This document shows positions 21,160 to 30,872 of a stretch of 64,000 nucleotides of DNA, piece by piece. The position numbers were made by a program, and so were the translations under genes. The stretch spans positions 1,230-65,229 of the forward strand of contig DFFU01000026.1 in NCBI GenBank assembly GCA_002372315.1, written 5' to 3'. Below the pieces are notes generated by a model. It saw only the letters and a list, made by a program, of their open reading frames with translations. It ran no database searches and had not been told where the DNA came from. Within the stretch, counting starts at the first letter, position 1, and each line of letters begins with the position of its first letter. Source of the DNA: Alphaproteobacteria bacterium UBA3768. Its GTDB lineage: Bacteria; Pseudomonadota; Alphaproteobacteria; CAAHEQ01; UBA3637.

Positions 21160-21190
21160 TATAAAAAAACACCCCACAGGGGATGCTTTT
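21160..21190 (-). terminator. hairpin (CCCC ACA GGGG) flanked by A and T runs; terminator for the tRNA-Ser transcript
   Basis: Sequence aaaaaacaCCCCacaGGGGatgcttttttt. Confidence 0.4.
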
Positions 21191-21194
21191 TTTA

Positions 21195-21284
21195 TGGCGG
21201 AAGGGGAGAGATTCGAACTCTCGGTGGGGTTGCCCCCACGCCGGTTTTCAAGACCGGTGCCTTAAACCACTCGACCACCCTTCC
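21195..21284 (-). tRNA. tRNA-Ser (anticodon UGA), 90 nt with long variable arm and encoded CCA
   Basis: Revcomp GGAAGGGTGGTCGAGTGGTTTAAGGCACCGGTCTTGAAAACCGGCGTGGGGGCAACCCCACCGAGAGTTCGAATCTCTCCCCTTCCGCCA. Acceptor GGAAGGG/CCCTTCC, anticodon loop CTTGAAA. Confidence 0.9.
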
Positions 21285-21399
21285 TCGGGAAATATCCTTT
21301 GATTTAAAAGCAGGTGCATTTTATTCTAAAAAAACAAAAAAATCAAGTGCTTTTTTATTTAAAATGCGCTATGATAATGAAAGCGAATCGGGGAATATA

Positions 21400-22608
21400 A
21401 TGAAAAAATTTTTAAAATCAATATGTTGCGCAACTTTTATATCCATTATTTTATTGACACGGATTGCTTGTGCACAAGCAGATGAATTTAGAATGTGGCA
21501 AAATGATTTTGAAAAACAAGCATTGTCTGATGGGATTTCACAACAAACACTCAATAAATTTATGCCCAAAATGCAATTATTACCCCACCTAATTGAAACA
21601 GATTTAAAAAAGCCTGAGTATCTGCGTAATTTTTGGGATTATATTCAATCACGTTTAACAGTAGAAAAAGTTGAAAAAGCAAAACAATATAAACATAAAT
21701 ATTCAACATGGTTAAAGCGAGTGGCTGAAAAATATCATATTCCGCCTGAATATTTATTGGCTCTTTGGAGTATGGAAACAGACTTGGGATCTTTTGTCGG
21801 AAAAACACCTTTGATTAGTTCTTTGGGAACATTGGCTTATCATCCACGTCGCCGTAATTTTTTTACAAAAGAACTATTGGCGTATTTTCATATTCTAGAA
21901 AGTGAACCTTATCCACCTCAGTACGGGTCATGGGATGGTGGTTTTGGGCACTTTCAGTTTATGCCGACCACGTTTGTAGCCTATGCTGTGGACGCAGACA
22001 GTAATGGTACCAAAAGCCTGACAGGGAGTATTCCTGATTCTTTGGCATCTGCTGCGAATTATTTACATAAGATGGGATGGCATGGAGATGAACCTTGGGG
22101 GCATGAGGTCAAATTGCCCGAAAATTTTGATTGGAGTTTGATGGGACAAGATAAATCTGTTTCAGAATGGGAAATGTTGGGGATAAAGAGAAAAGATAAT
22201 GCTCAATTTTCAGAATCAGAAGAAAAAATTTTGGCAACTTTAAGGATACCTATGGGGATGGATGGTCCAGCTTTTTTGACGTACCCAAACTTTAAATTAA
22301 TTAATAGGTGGAATAAATTAGAATTATATGCCTTGACAACAGGCATTTTATCGGATATGATAGCAAATAGAAGGCAAATGCCAATGCGCCCTGTTGATTT
22401 TAGGCCATTGCGCACACAAGAGTTTCTGAGATTGCAACAAATCTTAGCTGATATGGGCTATTATGGGGGGGCAATTGATGGAATGTTGGGACCAAACATG
22501 CGGAAAGCGATTCGTATGTTCCAACGGGATAACAAGATGATAACAGACGGCTATCCTAATGGTGAAGTTTTGACAAAATTAAATATTTATAACAAGGAGT
22601 TAAAGTAA
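21400..22608 (+). CDS. lytic murein transglycosylase (MltB-like) with C-terminal peptidoglycan-binding domain
   Basis: Signal peptide MKKFLKSICCATFISIILL. Has the SLT domain 2 region (WSMETDLGSF) and a C-terminal PG_binding_1-like repeat (FQRDNKMITDGYPNGEVL). Confidence 0.8.
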   Translation: MKKFLKSICCATFISIILLTRIACAQADEFRMWQNDFEKQALSDGISQQTLNKFMPKMQLLPHLIETDLKKPEYLRNFWDYIQSRLTVEKVEKAKQYKHKYSTWLKRVAEKYHIPPEYLLALWSMETDLGSFVGKTPLISSLGTLAYHPRRRNFFTKELLAYFHILESEPYPPQYGSWDGGFGHFQFMPTTFVAYAVDADSNGTKSLTGSIPDSLASAANYLHKMGWHGDEPWGHEVKLPENFDWSLMGQDKSVSEWEMLGIKRKDNAQFSESEEKILATLRIPMGMDGPAFLTYPNFKLINRWNKLELYALTTGILSDMIANRRQMPMRPVDFRPLRTQEFLRLQQILADMGYYGGAIDGMLGPNMRKAIRMFQRDNKMITDGYPNGEVLTKLNIYNKELK

Positions 22609-23525
22609 TGAATAAATTTATTTATACCACTATTTTAAGTACAGTTTTGTTGGCCGGTTGTTCATCCAATGGTCCAATGTTTCACTCATGGGGGGATTAT
22701 GAAAATCAACGTACGGAAAATGCGGTGTATCGTGTGGAAGAACCTTATGAGGTGAAAGGTGTTTGGTATGTTCCTGCAGAACAAACAGAATATTCAGAAA
22801 AGGGATTGGCTTCTTGGTATATGCCAGCAGGGGATTCCGCTCTGACTGCCAACGGGGAAGTTTATGATGTGAATATTCCTTCGGCACGTCATAAAACTTT
22901 GCCTTTGCCAAGTATTGTCAAAATTACAAATTTGGAAAATAATAAAAGTATTATAGCGCGTGTCAATGATCGTGGCCCTATGGTTAACAATCGATTGATT
23001 GATGTTTCTCAAAGTGCTGCTAAAGAGTTAGAAATGCCTGTTTCTGGTACTGTTTTAGTTCAAGTAGATTTAATGCCTGAGGAAAGTGCTATTTTAAAGC
23101 AACAATTAGTAGAAGCGGGTCGTGTGTATCAAAGTGCAATGCCAGTCCCAACAACATCTGCTGATGATAAATTATTTACGATTGAAAAACCAGATGGAGT
23201 GATTTATAATGGTGAACAATTGGCCCCTGTGACGGCTCCAACATCTGTGGTGCAACCAGTGAAGACACAACAGAAAGCCAAAGTAGTTACTCCAGTTATG
23301 GAAGGTCCATCTGTTCAATTGGGAAGTTTTGCAAATCCACAAAATGCCCAAAGATTGCAAGGCAGATTGATGGCTGAATATCCTGTTCATATTGATACAA
23401 TTCAAAGAAATGGTCGTGTTTTGTCAGTCGTTAAAGTGGGGCCATTTGCCGATAAGCAACAGGCGAGTAAAGCTCTACAAGAGTTGAAACAATTGGGATA
23501 TAAAGATGCCTATATTGTGCGATAA
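22608..23525 (+). CDS. rlpA: septal ring lytic transglycosylase RlpA (DPBB domain + C-terminal SPOR domain)
   Basis: Lipobox LLAGCSS, a DPBB core (GLASWYMPAGDSALTANGEVYD) and a C-terminal SPOR-like domain (VQLGSFANPQNAQRL...). Confidence 0.85.
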   Translation: MNKFIYTTILSTVLLAGCSSNGPMFHSWGDYENQRTENAVYRVEEPYEVKGVWYVPAEQTEYSEKGLASWYMPAGDSALTANGEVYDVNIPSARHKTLPLPSIVKITNLENNKSIIARVNDRGPMVNNRLIDVSQSAAKELEMPVSGTVLVQVDLMPEESAILKQQLVEAGRVYQSAMPVPTTSADDKLFTIEKPDGVIYNGEQLAPVTAPTSVVQPVKTQQKAKVVTPVMEGPSVQLGSFANPQNAQRLQGRLMAEYPVHIDTIQRNGRVLSVVKVGPFADKQQASKALQELKQLGYKDAYIVR

Positions 23526-24645
23526 AAAAGTTTTGGTCTTTGGGCTTACAGCGATGCTAACGAGTATCGCTGTTGCCGGAGACTATACGACAAAAGCAAA
23601 ATATGCTTTGTTGATGGATTCGGACACAGGCTATGTTATGTTTGATAAAAATGCAGACGAACCGATGCATCCTGCATCCATGACGAAACTGATGACAGCA
23701 TATATGGTTGATGAAGCGGTTCAAAATGGAAAGTTTAAATTAAATGATGAATTTGAAGTTTCTGAAAATGCGTGGAGGAAAGGTGGGGCTGCAACGGGTG
23801 GTTCTACAATGTTTTTAAAACCTCATCAAAAAGTCCGTTTGGATGATTTGTTGAAAGGAATTATTGTCCAATCTGGTAATGATGCTTGTATTGTTGTAGC
23901 CGAAAATATGGCTGGAACAGAGGAAGCTTTTGCTGCTCAAATGACGCAAAAAGCCAAAAAATTGGGCATGAAGAATACAACCTTTAAAAATGCGACAGGC
24001 TTGCCTGATAAAGAGCATTTGATGAGTGCCAAGGATTTGGCTATTTTATCTCAGCATATTATTCATGATTTTCCTGAACAATATCAAATCTATTCCCAAA
24101 AAGAATTTTCATACAATGGAATTAGACAAGGCAATCGTAACCCACTTCTATATTCTTTAGAGGGGGCAGATGGTTTAAAGACAGGTCATACTTCACAGTC
24201 TGGCTATGGTTTAACGGCTTCGGTTAAAACTAAAGATGGGCGTCGTTTGATCATGGTTATAAACGGACTAAAAAGTATGAATGAACGTGCTGAGGAAGCT
24301 CGAAGATTGATGAATTGGGGATTGGCAAATTTTCAAAATTCTGATTTATTATCCATTAATAAACCTCTTGCTGAAGTGAATGTTTGGTTGGGAACGCAAA
24401 AAACGGTTCGTGCAGTACCTGCTAAAAATTTAATTCAAACACATGCACTAGTGGATGATATCAATGCTGTTTCTATTGTCCAATACCAACAACCGATTTT
24501 GGCACCTATTCAAAAAGGGCAAAAATTGGGAAAAATTATTACAACGCTATCGGACAATACAAAGGTTGAAACTGATTTAATTGCTGCGGAAGATGTTAAA
24601 AAATTGGGATTTTTCTCTAAAATAAAAGCATTATTTGGGGGGTAA
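23506..24645 (+). CDS. D-alanyl-D-alanine carboxypeptidase (PBP5/6 family)
   Basis: SxxK (ASMTKLMT), SGN (VQSGNDAC) and KTG (LKTGHTSQ) motifs, plus an N-terminal signal sequence. Confidence 0.85.
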   Translation: MPILCDKKVLVFGLTAMLTSIAVAGDYTTKAKYALLMDSDTGYVMFDKNADEPMHPASMTKLMTAYMVDEAVQNGKFKLNDEFEVSENAWRKGGAATGGSTMFLKPHQKVRLDDLLKGIIVQSGNDACIVVAENMAGTEEAFAAQMTQKAKKLGMKNTTFKNATGLPDKEHLMSAKDLAILSQHIIHDFPEQYQIYSQKEFSYNGIRQGNRNPLLYSLEGADGLKTGHTSQSGYGLTASVKTKDGRRLIMVINGLKSMNERAEEARRLMNWGLANFQNSDLLSINKPLAEVNVWLGTQKTVRAVPAKNLIQTHALVDDINAVSIVQYQQPILAPIQKGQKLGKIITTLSDNTKVETDLIAAEDVKKLGFFSKIKALFGG

Positions 24646-25275
24646 ATGTCTGGATTATTCATCACTTTTGAAGGTGGAGAAGGAGCTGGTAAATCTACCC
24701 AGATTCGATTACTAAAAGAGGCGTTGGAATCGCTTGGGAAGAATGTTTTGTTGACGCGAGAACCGGGGGGAAGTGAAGGTGCTGAAACGATTCGGCCTTT
24801 ATTGGTATCTGGAAATTCTGATTGGGATTCTTTAACGGAGGCTTTGCTATTTTCGGCTGCCAGACGCGATCATTTAGTACATAAGATATGGCCAGCGTTA
24901 AAGAGAGGAAGTGTTGTTTTATGTGATCGCTTCATGGACAGTACAATGGCGTACCAGGGCTATGGGCGTGGCGATAATAAATTGATTCAAACTCAATTGC
25001 AACAACTTTATCAAATGATTGCATCCGATTTTGTTCCTGATTTAACATTTATTTTGGATATTGATCCGATAATTGGTTTAAAACGTAGTTGTGATCGTGC
25101 AGGTAATACAGAAAGGCGCTTTGAGAATATGGACATTTCCTTTCATCAAAATTTACGACAAGCCTTTTTGAAGATTGCAAAAAATGATTCAAAACGTTAT
25201 CATATCATTTGTGCTGATCAATCCGTTGAAAACGTCCATCAACAAATTATGAAAGTGATGAATGAATATGTCTGA
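24646..25275 (+). CDS. tmk: thymidylate kinase
   Basis: MSGLFITFEGGEGAGKST P-loop and LID region. 209 aa. Confidence 0.95.
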   Translation: MSGLFITFEGGEGAGKSTQIRLLKEALESLGKNVLLTREPGGSEGAETIRPLLVSGNSDWDSLTEALLFSAARRDHLVHKIWPALKRGSVVLCDRFMDSTMAYQGYGRGDNKLIQTQLQQLYQMIASDFVPDLTFILDIDPIIGLKRSCDRAGNTERRFENMDISFHQNLRQAFLKIAKNDSKRYHIICADQSVENVHQQIMKVMNEYV

Positions 25276-26191
25276 GCAGTCACAAAAAATATCGCAACGG
25301 TTTTTAAAAGATAATACTGCCATGTCATGGTTGATTGTTGGCGGAAAAGGTTTAGGTAAAAGGGATTTAGTTGAATCTGTTGCTAAAGATTTGCTGGGAA
25401 CTAAAGGTATGACCTCTGGTTTTAAAATTTTAGAGTGTGGTTTGACAGAAGAAGCCAAAAAAAGGATTCAAAAAAATATTTTAGAAGGAAAAAGTGTTGA
25501 AAATGTTTCAGATGATGATAAAAAAAATGAAATAACTGTAGAGGATATTCGTGGTGGAATTAATTTTTTATCTCTAAAAACAACTTTAGCTTGCAAGATT
25601 TTAGTAATATCTTTGGCAGAGCAGATGAATATCAATGCTCAAAATGCACTGTTGAAAACATTGGAAGAACCTTTTGAAAAAACTCTTATATTCCTTTTAT
25701 CTGAAAATCCAGCAAAACTCTTACCGACTATTTTATCGCGATGTCAGAAGGTATATTTGCGCCCCAAAACCAAACAACAAATAGAGCATTGGATTGAGCA
25801 AAAATACCCTAGTGAAAAAAATCTTTCTTTGGTTGCAGAACTTTCACAAGGAATGCCAGGAATTGCTGATGAGATATGTGCTTATGATGGCCTAAGTTTG
25901 TATAGAAAACTGAATTGTTTTTTGGTGCCTATGAAACAGTTAAATATATCTGCTGTTTTGGATTTTTCTCAGGAAGTTTCAAAGGATAAATATCAGTGGC
26001 ATCTAAGCACTTACTTTATTTTGAAGTTTTTAAATGAACAATCCCAAAATAGTTCATTAATTGTGGGGCAAAAATTTATTCATATTTATCATTGGGTTGA
26101 ATCTTTGATACGCAAAACAGATATGCTTTATTTGGATAAAGCTCAAGTATTTTCTGATATAATCTTTAAAATAGCGGAGCAATTAAGATGA
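25262..26191 (+). CDS. holB: DNA polymerase III delta-prime subunit
   Basis: Conserved tmk-holB-tatD order. AAA-like clamp-loader fold with a degenerate Walker A (LIVGGKGLGK) and an SRC motif (ILSRCQKV). Confidence 0.8.
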   Translation: MNMSEQSQKISQRFLKDNTAMSWLIVGGKGLGKRDLVESVAKDLLGTKGMTSGFKILECGLTEEAKKRIQKNILEGKSVENVSDDDKKNEITVEDIRGGINFLSLKTTLACKILVISLAEQMNINAQNALLKTLEEPFEKTLIFLLSENPAKLLPTILSRCQKVYLRPKTKQQIEHWIEQKYPSEKNLSLVAELSQGMPGIADEICAYDGLSLYRKLNCFLVPMKQLNISAVLDFSQEVSKDKYQWHLSTYFILKFLNEQSQNSSLIVGQKFIHIYHWVESLIRKTDMLYLDKAQVFSDIIFKIAEQLR

Positions 26192-26970
26192 CAATAGATT
26201 CTCATTGTCATTTGGGACAAGATGACTATGAAATTCCTGTTCATCAGGTGATCCAGGAAGCATTTGATAATGGGGTTAATTGCATTATGGGAGTAGCTTG
26301 TGAGGCTAAAGATTGGTTGGAACTTTTGGATTTAATTCAGAAACAAGAAAATGTTTATGGTGCTATTGGATTACATCCCGAGTATGCTAATTATGATTAT
26401 ACAATGGATTTGATAAAACTATCTGATTTATTTAAGAAAAATTCAAATTTATTAGCTGTGGGTGAAATAGGTCTAGATTATCATGAAGCTCCACAAACTA
26501 TTGAAGCACAAAAAAAATTGTTTTATGAACAAATCAAAATTGCTAATCAATTAGAAAAACCTATTATGATTCACACACGTGATGCTGAAGAAGATACGAT
26601 TCGTTTTTTACAAAAAGCAAATAACGAACATCTGTTATCAAAAAAAGGTGTGATTCATTGTTTTACAGGAAGTGAGACAATGGCGCAGGAGGCATTAAAA
26701 TTGGGATTTTATATTTCAGCGTCAGGTGTTATCACTTTTAAATCTGCACAAAATTTAAGAGATATTTTTAAAAAAATTCCTTTGGATAGATTGATGGTTG
26801 AAACTGATGCCCCATGGTTGGCACCAACACCTTATCGTGGTCAAAAGAATAGGCCTGCTTATGTGCAAAAAACTTTGGAAAAATTGGCTGAAATCAAAGG
26901 AATTACCTCTCAAGAAATGGAAAAAATAACGGATGATAATTTTAAAAGGTTATATTTAGGAGTGAAATAA
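26188..26970 (+). CDS. tatD: TatD-family metal-dependent DNase/hydrolase
   Basis: DSHCHL at the N-terminus, with GEIGLDYH and HTRDA motifs. Confidence 0.85.
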   Translation: MTIDSHCHLGQDDYEIPVHQVIQEAFDNGVNCIMGVACEAKDWLELLDLIQKQENVYGAIGLHPEYANYDYTMDLIKLSDLFKKNSNLLAVGEIGLDYHEAPQTIEAQKKLFYEQIKIANQLEKPIMIHTRDAEEDTIRFLQKANNEHLLSKKGVIHCFTGSETMAQEALKLGFYISASGVITFKSAQNLRDIFKKIPLDRLMVETDAPWLAPTPYRGQKNRPAYVQKTLEKLAEIKGITSQEMEKITDDNFKRLYLGVK

Positions 26971-27719
26971 TGAAAATAACGATTTTAGGTTCTGGACCAT
27001 CCTATGGAATGCCTTCTTTGACCCGAGGTTTTGGGGAATGTGATCCTGATGAACCCAAAAATGTGCGCTTTCGCAGCGCGATTTTGTTATCTGATAAAGG
27101 GACTCAAATTTTATTTGATACACCACCAGAAATTCGGTTACAGTTGTTGACGATTAAAAATCGTAAATTAGATGCTTTATGCTATACACATTTGCATTAT
27201 GATCATACAGGTGGAGCGGATGATGTCAATAAAATGATTCAAGATCAAGGCAGGAGCTTGGATGTTTATGCACAAAAGCAAGATATGGACTATTTTAAAA
27301 AACATCAAGCCTACATTTTTAAAGATAAATATTATCATTTACACGAAGTAAAATTTTATAAATCATTTAAAGTCAATCATTTGTCTATTTTACCGATAAA
27401 ACAGTATCATGATGATATTTTGTCTGTTGGGTATAGAATAGGTAATATAGCTTATTCAACAGATGTACGGACATTGGATGAAAAGTCTTGGCAGTTATTA
27501 GAAGGAATTGATACTTGGATTTTGGGAGGAGTGGCCTATAAGGAAAATAAAAAGCATGTTTCAATGGATGAAGCGCTACATTGGATTGAAAAATTACAAC
27601 CTAAACGTGTTTTTTTAACCCATATTGGAGCCCATATGGATTATAAAAAGTTATGCCAAAAATTGCCAAAAAATATAAGGCCATGCTACGATGGAATGGT
27701 TATAAATATAAAAACTTGA
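26970..27719 (+). CDS. MBL-fold metallo-hydrolase
   Basis: HxHxDH motif (THLHYDHTGG). 249 aa. Confidence 0.7.
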   Translation: MKITILGSGPSYGMPSLTRGFGECDPDEPKNVRFRSAILLSDKGTQILFDTPPEIRLQLLTIKNRKLDALCYTHLHYDHTGGADDVNKMIQDQGRSLDVYAQKQDMDYFKKHQAYIFKDKYYHLHEVKFYKSFKVNHLSILPIKQYHDDILSVGYRIGNIAYSTDVRTLDEKSWQLLEGIDTWILGGVAYKENKKHVSMDEALHWIEKLQPKRVFLTHIGAHMDYKKLCQKLPKNIRPCYDGMVINIKT

Positions 27720-27768
27720 CAAAACTAAAAAAGTATGATAAAATAAGTATTATAAATAGGAGGGGTGT

Positions 27769-27864
27769 ATGTGGTTTGATGATTTGTTTTATCAATTTAG
27801 TGATGTTATTATTGGGGCTATTTTCTTGTTAGGCCTTAAATCGTTTGGTGATGACATAAAATAA
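27769..27864 (+). CDS. candidate small hydrophobic protein (31 aa) MWFDDLFYQFSDVIIGAIFLLGLKSFGDDIK
   Basis: Perfect AGGAGG SD at 27758-27763, 5 nt before the ATG at 27769, in an otherwise non-coding 210-bp intergenic region. Below the ORF-track size cutoff. Confidence 0.35.
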   Translation: MWFDDLFYQFSDVIIGAIFLLGLKSFGDDIK

Positions 27865-27931
27865 TTAAAAATTTTTGTTGCACTTGTCACAATATTTTGA
27901 TATGATATAGATATAGAACGAAAGGGAAACT

Positions 27932-28834
27932 ATGTCATTAGTTATGCATCAAAAAATTACACCACGTCAATCGGCGTTGAAAAGACGCCCAGAAACACGT
28001 GAAGAGAAGATGATTAATAGTCTTTCACCAATATTGAATTTAATGGTAAAAGCTGTGCGTCGTGCGTCTTCTTCTCTACTCAGAGATTTTCACGAAATAT
28101 CGCATCTACAGCTTAGTAAAAAAGGGCCGGGGGATTTTGTGTCTAGTGCAGACTTGATGGTTGAAAAAAAATTGATTGCGCTTTTGCAAGAGGCAAAGCC
28201 AGAATTTGGCATTTTATCAGAAGAATGTGGTGAAATTCCTGCTAAAAATGGTTCGCCTTACCGTTGGGTAATCGACCCCATAGATGGAACGACAAATTTT
28301 ATCCATGCAATTCCAACTTTTGCGATTTCTTTGGCATTGATGCGTGGGGACGAAGTTTTGGATGCTGTTATTTTTAATCCTGTAGTGAATGAACTTTATT
28401 ATGCTGAAAAGGGGCAGGGGGCTTTTGTGATGCGTCCGACTGGGGATGAACGTTTGCGAGTTTCTGTCAGAAACAATGCGGAAACAACTATAACTGCAAT
28501 TAATCCAGCTTTCTTAGCAACTTGTCCTGAAATTGTTGCCACTCTTTTAAAGAAAAATGCGGCGATCAGGATAAATGGAAGCACAACATTAGCGCTAGCC
28601 TCTGTCGCATCAGGGCAATTTGATGCATTTATGGAAAATCGCATTCATTTGTGGGATATTGTAACAGGCTATTTGCTGGTGAAAGAGGCTGGTGGAATTG
28701 TTCAGACATGGACGGGTAAAACATCTTTGACGGATATAATAGAGGAGGGAAGTTTTTTAGCGACGACGATGGATTTTCGTGACGAAATTATAAAAAAATT
28801 ACCTAAGACCAAAAAAAACTTGCAAAAGAAATAA
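27932..28834 (+). CDS. suhB: inositol monophosphatase family protein (SuhB-like)
   Basis: IMPase motifs (WVIDPIDGTTNF, WDIVTG). The true start may be the internal ATG at 28010 (MINSLSPILNLMVKAVRRA), matching SuhB N-termini. Confidence 0.85.
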   Translation: MSLVMHQKITPRQSALKRRPETREEKMINSLSPILNLMVKAVRRASSSLLRDFHEISHLQLSKKGPGDFVSSADLMVEKKLIALLQEAKPEFGILSEECGEIPAKNGSPYRWVIDPIDGTTNFIHAIPTFAISLALMRGDEVLDAVIFNPVVNELYYAEKGQGAFVMRPTGDERLRVSVRNNAETTITAINPAFLATCPEIVATLLKKNAAIRINGSTTLALASVASGQFDAFMENRIHLWDIVTGYLLVKEAGGIVQTWTGKTSLTDIIEEGSFLATTMDFRDEIIKKLPKTKKNLQKK

Positions 28835-28881
28835 AATCTGTGTATAATACGAAAATATTTTAATGAAAGTGAGAAAATAAA

Positions 28882-29067
28882 ATGGCAACACCAAAAAAGA
28901 AAACTTCTAAGTCTAAACGTGATATGCGTCGTTCACATGATGCCTTATCTGCAAATGCTGTTGTGGAATGTCCCAAATGTGGTGAGATGATGCGTCCACA
29001 TCATGTTTGTCCATCTTGCGGTACATACCGTAAAAAAGAAGTATTGGTTAAAAAGACAACCAAATAA
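28882..29067 (+). CDS. rpmF: 50S ribosomal protein L32 (zinc-ribbon form)
   Basis: [22 protein letters not shown] plus CPKCGE...CPSCG. In the rpmF-plsX arrangement. Confidence 0.9.
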   Translation: MATPKKKTSKSKRDMRRSHDALSANAVVECPKCGEMMRPHHVCPSCGTYRKKEVLVKKTTK

Positions 29068-29078
29068 GGATTTTTCCC

Positions 29079-30134
29079 TTGACAGGAAAAGAAACTTTGA
29101 TTCTTTCAATTGACGCAATGGGGGGCGATAACGCACCCCGTTCGGTGATCGAAGGCGTTTCTATTGTTGCAAAAGAACATCCTGGTGAACTCTTCTTTTT
29201 CTTGTTTGGGGATGAAAATAAGCTGATTCCAATTATTGATGAAGTCGGTTTAGATTCCAAGTGTTATAAAATTCATCATACGACTGATTTCGTACGTGCT
29301 GATGCAAAGCCAGCCCAAATCCTAAGGTCTGGACGCGAAACGAGTATGTGGAAATCTATTATGGCTGTACGTAATGGCTATGCAAAAGCTGTTATTTCTG
29401 CGGGTAATACAGGGGCTTTAATGGCTATGAGTAAGATTTGCTTGGGAACACTGCAAGGAATTGATAGACCTGCAATTGCTGGGATTTTGCCATCTGCAAC
29501 AGGTCCTATTGTAATGTTAGATCTAGGGGCCAACGCAAAATGTGATCCACAAAATTTAGTGGAATTTTCGTTGATGGGTGAGGTTTTATATCATGTTTTA
29601 TTTAACGAAGAAAGACCATCTATCGGACTATTGAATATTGGTTCTGAGGAAACAAAGGGACGCGAAGAAATTCGTGAAGCAGCGTCAATTTTACATGAAA
29701 TGGGTGATAAGATAAATTATCAAGGTTTTGTGGAAGGTAATGATATTTCTGCGGGAAAAACAAATGTAGTTGTATCTGATGGCTTTTCAGGAAATATTGC
29801 TTTAAAAACAATTGAGGGGGCTGCAAAATTTATTGCAAAAGCTTTGAAACAAGAAGTAAAAGGTTCCTGGATTTCAATGTTTGGTTTTTTGATGGCGCAT
29901 TCAAGTTTGTCAAAATTTAAAAAGAAATTTGATCCACGTATTTATAATGGTGCTATGTTTTTGGGATTAAAAGGGATTTCTGTTAAAAGTCATGGGGGAA
30001 CAGATGCCTATGGATTTTCCTGTGCCATTGAAGCAGCAATCAAAATGGCGCGTCAGGATATTTGTGAAAAAACAAAGTCTGAAATTGCTTCTGTACTGAA
30101 TATGTCTGCCTTGGATGATACAACGGCACCTTAA
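29079..30134 (+). CDS. plsX: phosphate acyltransferase PlsX
   Basis: LSIDAMGGDNAP N-terminus and a conserved PlsX core. TTG start in the track. Confidence 0.9.
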   Translation: MTGKETLILSIDAMGGDNAPRSVIEGVSIVAKEHPGELFFFLFGDENKLIPIIDEVGLDSKCYKIHHTTDFVRADAKPAQILRSGRETSMWKSIMAVRNGYAKAVISAGNTGALMAMSKICLGTLQGIDRPAIAGILPSATGPIVMLDLGANAKCDPQNLVEFSLMGEVLYHVLFNEERPSIGLLNIGSEETKGREEIREAASILHEMGDKINYQGFVEGNDISAGKTNVVVSDGFSGNIALKTIEGAAKFIAKALKQEVKGSWISMFGFLMAHSSLSKFKKKFDPRIYNGAMFLGLKGISVKSHGGTDAYGFSCAIEAAIKMARQDICEKTKSEIASVLNMSALDDTTAP

Positions 30135-30204
30135 AAAAAATAAAAAAACACTTGCATATTTTTAAAAATTGTTGCATGATATATTTTGATATAAGGAGAA
30201 AAAA

Positions 30205-30498
30205 ATGACTGAGAAAGTAAAAACTTTGGTTCGTTCGGATATTGCTGAGGCCATTCATCAAGAATTGGGATTTTCTCGTTCTGATGCATTTAAGATGATT
30301 GAAAAAACGTTTTCAATCATCGCTGCTGAATTAGCTACGCGGCGTAGTGTTAAGATTTCGGGATTTGCATCCTTTGAACCCTATTTGAAAAAAGAACGTG
30401 TTGGTCGTAATCCTAAGACGGGAAAGGAGTATCCTATCTCGCAACGTACTGTCTTGGCGTTTAAACCATCTCCTGTATTGAAAAAAAATAAAAAATAA
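30205..30498 (+). CDS. ihfA: integration host factor subunit alpha
   Basis: HU/IHF fold (GFGSFE-like FASFEPYLKKERVGRNPKTGKE). Followed by a MerR regulator, as is typical in alphaproteobacteria. Confidence 0.85.
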   Translation: MTEKVKTLVRSDIAEAIHQELGFSRSDAFKMIEKTFSIIAAELATRRSVKISGFASFEPYLKKERVGRNPKTGKEYPISQRTVLAFKPSPVLKKNKK

Positions 30499-30509
30499 GG
30501 TTCTAAACG

Positions 30510-30845
30510 GTGAAATCTGAAAACGCATATCGTACCATTGCTGAAGTTTCTGAATTGCTACAGGTTCAGCCATCTGTTTTGCGTTTTTGGGAAACCCAAT
30601 TTAAGCAAGTTAAGCCATTAAAACGCATGGGGCGACGTTATTACAGTACAGAAGATGTTGTTTTGTTGGCTCGTATACGTGATCTCTTGTATAAAGATTT
30701 TCTTACAATAAAAGGGGTTCAAAAGCGGCTAGCATCTCCAGATGATGTTCAATCTTTATCTCACGAAAAGATGCCTCGTCGTCCAGAGGATGCTTTTTTG
30801 GCTGAAATTTCAGATATTAAAGAAGAATTAGCGGAATATATATAG
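30510..30845 (+). CDS. MerR-family transcriptional regulator
   Basis: N-terminal MerR HTH (YRTIAEVSELLQVQPSVLRFWETQF), the conserved partner gene downstream of ihfA. Confidence 0.8.
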   Translation: MKSENAYRTIAEVSELLQVQPSVLRFWETQFKQVKPLKRMGRRYYSTEDVVLLARIRDLLYKDFLTIKGVQKRLASPDDVQSLSHEKMPRRPEDAFLAEISDIKEELAEYI

Positions 30846-30872
30846 AAAACTTTATGAGTTGAATTTAAAAAC

